A stretch of DNA of 51,259 nucleotides from a virus (lineage: Duplodnaviria; Caudoviricetes): IMG/VR virus record IMGVR_UViG_3300025785_000024, positions 1-51,259 of that record; one strand, 5' to 3'. The notes below the pieces were generated by a model that worked only from the letters and a program-made list of their open reading frames with translations, searched no databases and had not been told where the DNA came from. The translations under genes were made by a program, and so were the position numbers. How positions within the stretch are numbered: the first letter of the stretch is position 1; every line of letters begins with the position of its first letter. This document shows positions 18,962 through 25,595 of this stretch, piece by piece.

Positions 18962-19257
18962 TGGCTCACTGGGCAGAAATTGATAAAGATAATATTGTTC
19001 TTCGTGTAACCGTTGGTTCTAATGATATGCCTGATGAAGGCTATCAATGGTTGATTGACAACCTTGGTGGCACTTGGGTAAAGACAAGTTACAACACTCT
19101 TGGTGGAGTCCATAAACTAGGTGGAACATCTCTGCGTAAAAACTACGCTGGTATTGGATTTACATATGATGAAAGCCGTGATGCGTTTATACCACCAAAG
19201 CCAGAAGGTAATTGGTCACTTAATGAAGAAACCTGCCTGTGGGAAGAAGTTAAATGA
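18961..19257 (+). CDS. Small fibre-associated protein (paralog of 9844..10143)
   Basis: MAHWAEID..KTSYN..RKNYAGIGFTYDESRDAFIPPKP; start at 18958 or 18961. Confidence 0.75.
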   Translation: MAHWAEIDKDNIVLRVTVGSNDMPDEGYQWLIDNLGGTWVKTSYNTLGGVHKLGGTSLRKNYAGIGFTYDESRDAFIPPKPEGNWSLNEETCLWEEVK

Positions 19258-19778
19258 GTCGCGCGTATACCCCTGGTGGCAGATTTACATCTGACTTTGA
19301 GCGCGGTTCTATCTCTACAGGTATTACTAATGACCTTACTAACCCTGTGGGCACCCATGCCGAGTGGTGGCTTTATAACCCAGTTGATACCGCCGTAGAC
19401 CCTATCTATGATGTGGGCGACTCTTACTACAACGGCTCAGGCGGCAAGATGTGGACTGGCCCTTACCAGATCCAGGTTATTCGGGCGATCATCAAGCAGG
19501 GCGATACCAAGATTAGCCAGCAGGGTTTCTATAACGCTGACTATCTCCACCTAACTATTAACGCGCTAGACATTGAGAAGGTAGCGCCAGGAACTATGGC
19601 TAACCCAGACTCCCGCGACCGCGACCGTATTGTCTGGAAAGGCGAAGTATTCCGCCCCTATAAGTCCCAACAAGAAGGTATTATTAGTGAGGACTTCATC
19701 CTTCTAACGGTTGATCTTGTTCAGGTTCAACCAGAAGAACTCGTAAACGACGTTCAATTCTCTCAGTACGCTAACTAA
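19254..19778 (+). CDS. Probable head closure/neck protein
   Basis: DPIYDVG and DRIVWKGEVF beta-barrel pattern; core structural synteny resumes here. Confidence 0.5.
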   Translation: MSRAYTPGGRFTSDFERGSISTGITNDLTNPVGTHAEWWLYNPVDTAVDPIYDVGDSYYNGSGGKMWTGPYQIQVIRAIIKQGDTKISQQGFYNADYLHLTINALDIEKVAPGTMANPDSRDRDRIVWKGEVFRPYKSQQEGIISEDFILLTVDLVQVQPEELVNDVQFSQYAN

Positions 19779-19786
19779 GGAGCCAC

Positions 19787-20095
19787 ATGGCACTCACACA
19801 CTCGGTTGTTACACTTAATGCCTCAACCGCAACCCTACTTAATAATGATCCTGCCGTAACTGTTGGCCCAGAAGTTCGTAACACCTGGCAGTATGGAAGC
19901 GTATCTATTCAAAACACAGATAACTCTATTGTTGTCTATGTAGGCGCATCTAACGTTTCTTCTACCTCTTATGGCGTATCACTTGCCGCTGGCGCATCAA
20001 TTACCCTTGATAGCCTTAGCCCATCAGAGAAGGTTTACGCTATTGCAGCATCTGGCAGCCCTAAGGTTGCAGTATTGATGGTTACAACTGCATGA
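19787..20095 (+). CDS. Small beta-sandwich structural protein
   Basis: SIQNTD..VYVG..YGVSLAAGASIT..VYAIA; SD aaggag. Confidence 0.55.
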   Translation: MALTHSVVTLNASTATLLNNDPAVTVGPEVRNTWQYGSVSIQNTDNSIVVYVGASNVSSTSYGVSLAAGASITLDSLSPSEKVYAIAASGSPKVAVLMVTTA

Positions 20096-20181
20096 GCATC
20101 CGTCTGACTAAAAAAGGTGAGCGCATTGCTATCAAGTCCTCATCTAAGAAGTCAACCAAGATTGTAATTAAGAAGCCATAA
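20092..20181 (+). CDS. Lys-rich micro-protein, 29 aa (MSIRLTKKGERIAIKSSSKKSTKIVIKKP)
   Basis: ATGA overlap upstream and TAATG overlap downstream; below the ORF-track cutoff. Confidence 0.55.
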   Translation: MSIRLTKKGERIAIKSSSKKSTKIVIKKP

Positions 20182-20312
20182 TGCCATTTAAGAGTCGCGC
20201 CCAGGAGAAGTGGATGTATGCCACCCACCCTAAGATGGCGCGCCAATGGCAGAAGGAAACACCAAAAGGAAAACTACCCGAGAAGGTAAAGGATAAAAAA
20301 GATGGCAAATAA
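20181..20312 (+). CDS. Basic micro-protein, 43 aa (MPFKSRAQEKWMYATHPKMARQWQKETPKGKLPEKVKDKKDGK)
   Basis: TAATG coupling; part of the tandem basic ORF array. Confidence 0.7.
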   Translation: MPFKSRAQEKWMYATHPKMARQWQKETPKGKLPEKVKDKKDGK

Positions 20313-20403
20313 AGAACAAAAAGGCAACGCCAACCAGAAGAAAGAGCCAAAGATGACTCTTAAAGAGAAGCGCGCTGCAAAGCAAGCAAAGAAGGATAAA
20401 TAA
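20302..20403 (+). CDS. Lys-rich micro-protein, 33 aa (MANKEQKGNANQKKEPKMTLKEKRAAKQAKKDK)
   Basis: SD aaagga; its stop overlaps the next ATG. Confidence 0.65.
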   Translation: MANKEQKGNANQKKEPKMTLKEKRAAKQAKKDK

Positions 20404-20576
20404 TGGCTAAGGCAAAACTAGGTTCAGGAGCACGTTTTAAGGCTGTAGAAAAAGCTGCCGCTAAGAGCGGTGCTACAGATCCAGCAGCAGTTGCGGCTGC
20501 CGCAGGTCGTAAGAAGTATGGTCAGAAGAAGATGACCAAACTTGCTGTTAAGGGTAAGAAAGACGAGAAAAAGTAA
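20403..20576 (+). CDS. Lys/Ala-rich micro-protein, 57 aa (MAKAKLGSGARFKAVEK...GRKKYGQKKM...)
   Basis: TAATG coupling at both ends. Confidence 0.7.
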   Translation: MAKAKLGSGARFKAVEKAAAKSGATDPAAVAAAAGRKKYGQKKMTKLAVKGKKDEKK

Positions 20577-20746
20577 TGGCTAAAGAAAAGCCTCTTTGGG
20601 ATAAGAAAGACCCAGACGGAGGTAAACATAGTAAACTAAGTAAGAGCCAGAAGGCCTCAGCCCGTGCTAGAGCTAAAGCCGCTGGTCGTCCATATCCAAA
20701 TGCAGTTGACAATATTGCAGCTGCTCGTAAGAAAAAAGGTAAGTAA
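20576..20746 (+). CDS. Basic micro-protein, 56 aa (MAKEKPLWDKK...ARAKAAGRPYPNAVDN...KKKGK)
   Basis: TAATG coupling. Confidence 0.7.
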   Translation: MAKEKPLWDKKDPDGGKHSKLSKSQKASARARAKAAGRPYPNAVDNIAAARKKKGK

Positions 20747-20747
20747 T

Positions 20748-20906
20748 ATGTGCATGACCTGTGGATGCGGTAAGAAAAAGGGCGAAGCCGGATACGGCAA
20801 GGGAAAGAGCATGTCCCCTAAGCAGAAGAAGATTGCTTCAGCTGCTGCCCCAAAAGATAAGATCACCGGAGCTGACTTCAAGGCTCTTAAGAAGAAGGGT
20901 AAGTAA
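20748..20906 (+). CDS. Basic micro-protein, 52 aa, with N-terminal CxxCGC
   Basis: ATG 20748 lies one nt after the previous stop; MCMTCGCGKKK..SPKQKK..KITGADFKAL. Confidence 0.7.
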   Translation: MCMTCGCGKKKGEAGYGKGKSMSPKQKKIASAAAPKDKITGADFKALKKKGK

Positions 20907-21158
20907 ATGTGCGCTAAGTGTGGCTGTGGATGTAAGGCTGGCAAGCCAGCAGCAGGTTGCAAGTGCACCTGTGCTACCTGTAAGTCAGCACGTATGAAGG
21001 CTGATAAGAAGTCTGACGCTAAGATTGAAAAGGGTATGAGCCCTAAGCAGAAGGCGGCCTTTGAGAAGGCTGATAAGAAGATGGATAAGAAGAACCCATC
21101 TGCTAAAGCCGATATGAAGATGGACAAGGCGTTGGCCAAGAAGGTCAAAAAGAAGTAA
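20907..21158 (+). CDS. Basic protein with metallothionein-like N-terminus (8 Cys in the first 25 aa)
   Basis: MCAKCGCGCKAGKPAAGCKCTCATCK followed by a K/D/A-rich tail. Confidence 0.75.
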   Translation: MCAKCGCGCKAGKPAAGCKCTCATCKSARMKADKKSDAKIEKGMSPKQKAAFEKADKKMDKKNPSAKADMKMDKALAKKVKKK

Positions 21159-21161
21159 GCA

Positions 21162-21196
21162 CTTAGCGCCCGCAAGGGCGCTTTTTGCTTTACCCT
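21162..21196 (+). promoter_or_regulatory. Candidate phage-specific promoter CTTAGC-N23-TACCCT, overlapping the terminator
   Basis: Same spacing as three other sites; upstream of the tail operon. Confidence 0.45.
21165..21190 (+). terminator. Rho-independent terminator
   Basis: AGCGCCC-gcaa-GGGCGCT stem with a GNRA loop, followed by ttttgctt. Confidence 0.85.
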
Positions 21197-21267
21197 TATA
21201 GTAATCCCGTGCGGGATTAATGCTTCACCTCTGCGATGTACTTTGCTGCTCCCTTAGGAGATTACTT

Positions 21268-21423
21268 ATGGCTGACAAAGATAAGGTCGATAAGCCTTCG
21301 GACATTGAGTTCGCCAAGGCTATTACCGAACATATTCCAGAACCTAACTGGCATGTCGCAGATGTCGTAAGTGCAGCTTACATCGGATATAAGGTGATTC
21401 AGCGTGCTAATAAGCGCAAATAG
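21268..21423 (+). CDS. Hypothetical protein, 51 aa
   Basis: ATG 21268 with SD aggag. Confidence 0.55.
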   Translation: MADKDKVDKPSDIEFAKAITEHIPEPNWHVADVVSAAYIGYKVIQRANKRK

Positions 21424-21742
21424 TATTGACTCAATCTCTCGTAAAGCGGTAGATGAGCTTTTGCCTCCCCTTACAGATCAGCTACGTCTTTTGGCCTCAA
21501 CTTCACAGTGGCCTAAGCACCTTGTAGATAGCATCAGCGTTGAGTGCGATAGAGACTTTAATCTATTTGTTCACTACCCAGAAGAGCTCACTACAGAGGT
21601 AGAAGATCTAGAGTACGGCAGCCCTGGGCAAATGCCTAACGCTGCTATCCGCCCATTTATCTCTCGCTCAGAGGGAGTTATTGCAAACGTCCTTGCTGAG
21701 AAGACAATCAATAACCTCTTTCCAGAGATGGGGATAATGTGA
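21404..21742 (+). CDS. Probable neck/tail completion protein
   Basis: LEYGS...PNAAIRPF motif as in HK97 gp10-like proteins; synteny. Confidence 0.55.
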   Translation: MLISANSIDSISRKAVDELLPPLTDQLRLLASTSQWPKHLVDSISVECDRDFNLFVHYPEELTTEVEDLEYGSPGQMPNAAIRPFISRSEGVIANVLAEKTINNLFPEMGIM

Positions 21743-22395
21743 CAACCACCTACCCATTTGTACTTGCTGAAGACTCAGCTCTTAAAGGGCACCTTAGCGG
21801 AATCACAGTATCTGATGATAAAAACGCTACCCGCCCAGTTAAAGTCTGGTACGGCTTCCCTGACGTTGAAGTCAGAGACCAAACATTTCCTTATATTACT
21901 ATTGATTTGATTGACATCATGCCGGCTAATGAGCGCCAAACATACGGGTTTATTACAGACACAGATAACTTGGGTACGGTAACAGCTGATCCAAACTACG
22001 CCTATACAAATAAGATTCCAGTGGCTTATGACCTTGTTTATCAAGTAACTTCTTTTGCCCGCCATCCCCGCCATGATAGATCAATCATCTATCAGCTAAT
22101 GACTAAGTTTCCATCAAAATACGGCTATCTAAAAGTAGCAAACCCATCTGGGTCTGACTACAGCATTAGATCTATGTTTGTTGATGGATTTGTAAAGAGA
22201 GATACTGTTGACGGTGAAACCGGAAACCGCCGTCTTTTAAGAAATGTGTACACGGTACGAGTGGTAAGTCAGATGACCCCAGATGCAGCTAACGCTGTGG
22301 CCATCAAGCTTGTATCTACTGTACAAATTAACAACACTACTTCGTATATCCCGTCTGGTCTAACACCTGTCCCACCATCTGTAACGAATTCTTAA
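21739..22395 (+). CDS. Probable tail terminator/sheath stabiliser
   Basis: FPYITIDLIDI and YDLVYQVT motifs; immediately upstream of sheath. Confidence 0.6.
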   Translation: MTTTYPFVLAEDSALKGHLSGITVSDDKNATRPVKVWYGFPDVEVRDQTFPYITIDLIDIMPANERQTYGFITDTDNLGTVTADPNYAYTNKIPVAYDLVYQVTSFARHPRHDRSIIYQLMTKFPSKYGYLKVANPSGSDYSIRSMFVDGFVKRDTVDGETGNRRLLRNVYTVRVVSQMTPDAANAVAIKLVSTVQINNTTSYIPSGLTPVPPSVTNS

Positions 22396-22414
22396 CTAAC
22401 AAGGAGACACTCTA

Positions 22415-23935
22415 ATGACAACCTACGCACGCCCCGGGGTATACGTCCAAGAGACGTTGAACCCAATCCAGCCAGTAGCTGGGGCATCTTCTAACACAGT
22501 TGCTGCTCTTATTGGTGCTGCTGACCGCGGTCCAACTACACCTACACTAGTAACTTCTTGGAGCCAATATGTAAACCTATTTGGTTCTTGGAATACTAAC
22601 GCATCTAACGCGCTTCCACTTGGTGCCTATATGTACTTTGCTAATGGTGGAAATCAGGCTTATATCCTTCGTGTTCCAGGCGCTACCGCAGCCGCTGCTA
22701 CACGTTCATTCAATGATACTGCCGGAACTCCTCAGCCAACACTTCGCCTAAACGCAAAGAACGTTGGTTCATGGGGTAACACACTAAATGTATCTATCAC
22801 AGCCTCAACTGTTACAGGCTACTTCAATATTATTGTATACCTTGGTGGAAACACTGCTGGATACATTGTTGAACAGTGGACAGATGTAACAATGAATTCT
22901 GCAGATAGCCGTTATGCAGTTACTGTTATCAACAATAACTCAACATATTTGACAGCTACTGACCTTGCTTCAACTACAACTGCGCCAGCTAATAACCCAG
23001 CTCTTGTATCTAATCAGTCACTCAGCACTGGTTCAGATGGATCAGCTGTAACAGGTTCAACAATTGTTTCTTATGCGTTTGGTAGCCCAAGCCCATTTGA
23101 CACTATTACCCAGTCTTTGGTTATCAATATCCCAGGATACACAGACGCTACAACTGTTAACGCGGCTATCTCATACGCAGCCTCAACTCGTACAGATGGT
23201 TTTGTTGTTATTGATGGCATCAATGACACAGCAGCTAATCAGTTGACTTTGGCAGCTACCTACACAGCGACTTCACAGGCAGCCGTTTATTACCCACAGG
23301 TAACAATTGCTGACCCAACAGTTTCTGTAGGAGCACCTTCAGGAGCAACTAAGACCCTTGGTGCTGGAGCAGCTGTTGCTGGTCTTTACGCGCTAACTGA
23401 CGCAAGCCGCGGAGTGTTTAAGGCCCCAGCGGGTCTCCAATCACGCCTTGCTGCAGTTGTATCAGTACCAGCTCTAAGCAATGCTGATCTTGATTCTCTT
23501 AACTCAGCGGCCGCACCTGTTAACGCTATTCGCTACATCCCAGGATCTGGAATCGTAGTATTTGGCGCTCGCACTCTAAAGCCAGGATATGTAGACAAGT
23601 ACGTACCAGTACGTCGTAGCCTTATCTACATTGAGAAGAGCTTGATTGACCTAACACGTTTTGCAATTTTTGAGCCAAATGACTCACGTCTATGGACTCG
23701 ACTAAACGCTGCTTGTTCTTCATTCTTGACATCATTCTGGGCACAAGGCGGTCTTTCTGGAACAACTCCAACTGCCGCATACTTTGTCAAGTGTGATAGC
23801 ACAAATAACCCACAGTCATCTATTGACAACGGGTATGTAAATATTCAGGTTGGTGTTGCTTTGCAGCGCCCAGCTGAGTTTGTAGTTATTAATATTGGCC
23901 AATACAACGGTGGCACCACCGTAACAATCGCGTAA
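22415..23935 (+). CDS. Contractile tail sheath protein
   Basis: RPGVYVQE, GVFKAPAG, VFGARTL, YVPVRR, FEPND and PAEFVVI motifs. Confidence 0.95.
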   Translation: MTTYARPGVYVQETLNPIQPVAGASSNTVAALIGAADRGPTTPTLVTSWSQYVNLFGSWNTNASNALPLGAYMYFANGGNQAYILRVPGATAAAATRSFNDTAGTPQPTLRLNAKNVGSWGNTLNVSITASTVTGYFNIIVYLGGNTAGYIVEQWTDVTMNSADSRYAVTVINNNSTYLTATDLASTTTAPANNPALVSNQSLSTGSDGSAVTGSTIVSYAFGSPSPFDTITQSLVINIPGYTDATTVNAAISYAASTRTDGFVVIDGINDTAANQLTLAATYTATSQAAVYYPQVTIADPTVSVGAPSGATKTLGAGAAVAGLYALTDASRGVFKAPAGLQSRLAAVVSVPALSNADLDSLNSAAAPVNAIRYIPGSGIVVFGARTLKPGYVDKYVPVRRSLIYIEKSLIDLTRFAIFEPNDSRLWTRLNAACSSFLTSFWAQGGLSGTTPTAAYFVKCDSTNNPQSSIDNGYVNIQVGVALQRPAEFVVINIGQYNGGTTVTIA

Positions 23936-23946
23936 GGAGATAGACC

Positions 23947-24636
23947 ATGGCTAATCTAAGCACGTTCAACTCAAGTATCGCCACTGATCCGCTACGCTCG
24001 TTCCGGTTCCGTGTCAACTTTACACCAGTATCAACCACAGGAACTGATTCTGTTTTTGATACACGTATTGCTGATGCTAGCGGCACAGCTACTACGGGCA
24101 CATCTACAACACCGACTGGATATTCATCTGGTTGGTCTGGTGGATTTACCAACATTAGCGGCCTACAGACTAACGTTCAAAGCATCCAATATCGTGAAGG
24201 TGGATACAACACCACTGTTCACCAGATGCCTGGACTAACAACTTTCACACCTGTTACATTTACTCGTGGAGTTATCTATGGAAATGACCAGGCAATTACA
24301 TGGATGCGTGGCCTCTTCTCTGCTGCTGCAGGTACTGGTCTAAATGGCGTTGCTGCTACAGCTAAGGGCTTCCGTCTAAACATTGATATCAAGGTTACTC
24401 AGCACCCAACAACAGATGACAATGCTGGCAGTGAAGATGTTTCTCAGATGGTGTTTCGTTTGCACAATGCCTGGATCACCAACCTCAGCTACACAGATCT
24501 AGATGCTACAAACGGAGCAATCTTGTTTGAGTCAATGCAGCTTGTTCACGAAGGTCTATCAGTAGGCTTCTTGACACCTGCTGGAAACGTATTTACAGAT
24601 GGTAAAGGCACAGTAACACCACTAGCTAACTACTAA
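23947..24636 (+). CDS. Tail tube protein (T4 gp19-like)
   Basis: DPLRSFRF, YREGG, PVTFTRG, NAW and LVHEG motifs. Confidence 0.9.
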   Translation: MANLSTFNSSIATDPLRSFRFRVNFTPVSTTGTDSVFDTRIADASGTATTGTSTTPTGYSSGWSGGFTNISGLQTNVQSIQYREGGYNTTVHQMPGLTTFTPVTFTRGVIYGNDQAITWMRGLFSAAAGTGLNGVAATAKGFRLNIDIKVTQHPTTDDNAGSEDVSQMVFRLHNAWITNLSYTDLDATNGAILFESMQLVHEGLSVGFLTPAGNVFTDGKGTVTPLANY

Positions 24637-24658
24637 TAGGAACTAAGGAGCACAATTC

Positions 24659-25450
24659 GTGTCAAAAGTAATAACCGATGCAGAACTCGTAAATAAATTT
24701 GCTCAACAGGCAATGGAGGAGCCAGCTCAAACTATTGAGACTAAGGCTCCTCCAGGACCTGAAGTAGAACTACCGGGCGGATTTATTGATGGAGGAACAC
24801 TTGTAACAACCGTAGAAGTACGTGAGCTTAACGGTATGGATGAAGAGGCAATTGCTAAAGCATCCAATACTGGTAAAGCGCTTAACACCCTTCTACAACG
24901 CGGACTAGTAAAAATTGGTTCTAGACCGGCTACAACAGACGATCTAGACCTTCTACTATCAGGTGACAGAGACGCTATTTTAATTGGCATTCGAAGAATT
25001 ACCTTTGGTAAAACTTTAGACACCACAGTCTTTTGTCCAAGCTGTAATGCAAAACAAGATGTATCTATTGATCTAAAAGATGACATTCCAATGAGTAAGT
25101 TGGAAGACCCAATTGCTGATCGAGCATGGCACATTAAAACTAAAAATGGAGTAGTAACGGTAGCTCTACCTACAGGAATTACTCAAAAGCGTTTGATGGA
25201 AAACTCTGATAAAACCTCTGCAGAGCTAAGTACTATCTTGCTATCAGGATGCGTTCAGTCCGTAAATGGAGAACCGTCTCTGGGAGCAAGCACAGTTCTT
25301 AATCTTGGCATTGCAGTTCGGGCTCAGATTGTTGATGAAATTATGGCTCGTACCCCAGGCCCACGCCTTGGGGAGGTGAGCAAGGTCTGTAAGGCATGTG
25401 GTGAGTCTATGTCACTCCCACTTAGTCTTGTAGATTTGTTTCGCTTATAA
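24659..25450 (+). CDS. Tail assembly chaperone / T4 gp26-like, with two CxxC pairs
   Basis: VRELNGMDEE, GDRDAIL..IRRITFG, CPSC and CKAC; between tube and tape measure. Confidence 0.75.
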   Translation: MSKVITDAELVNKFAQQAMEEPAQTIETKAPPGPEVELPGGFIDGGTLVTTVEVRELNGMDEEAIAKASNTGKALNTLLQRGLVKIGSRPATTDDLDLLLSGDRDAILIGIRRITFGKTLDTTVFCPSCNAKQDVSIDLKDDIPMSKLEDPIADRAWHIKTKNGVVTVALPTGITQKRLMENSDKTSAELSTILLSGCVQSVNGEPSLGASTVLNLGIAVRAQIVDEIMARTPGPRLGEVSKVCKACGESMSLPLSLVDLFRL

Positions 25451-25595
25451 CGAGCAAGATTATGAGAATTTGTTAGACCAGTATGAGGTGCTAACCCGCA
25501 CCTTTACTGGTTGGACATTAGCAGATATAAGAGAATTATCTGCAAGAGAACGGCTTAACTGGATTGAAAGAGCACAGAGAGGTAGGAAGGTCTGA
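25440..25595 (+). CDS. Second tail chaperone ORF, likely a +1 frameshift extension
   Basis: +1 frame is open only from 25434: FAYNEQDYENLLDQYEVLTRTFTGWTLADIRELSARERLNWIERAQRGRKV. No ATG; its stop overlaps the tape measure ATG. Confidence 0.65.
   Translation, partial: FAYNEQDYENLLDQYEVLTRTFTGWTLADIRELSARERLNWIERAQRGRKV

Noticed and set aside
9990-19205. Near-identical paralog segments as DGR template/variable repeats
   Set aside because: Mismatches are synonymous and not adenine-specific, both copies are coding, and no reverse transcriptase is in the window.
20657-21175. 172-aa minus-strand ORF, and the 20664 upstream extension
   Set aside because: Antisense shadow of Lys-rich genes; the plus-strand micro-ORFs tile the region with coupled starts.
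21202-21219. Hairpin TAATCCC-gtgc-GGGATTA as an ncRNA or tRNA
   Set aside because: Too short and no cloverleaf; at most a 5' leader stem. No tRNA or rRNA was recognised anywhere in the window.
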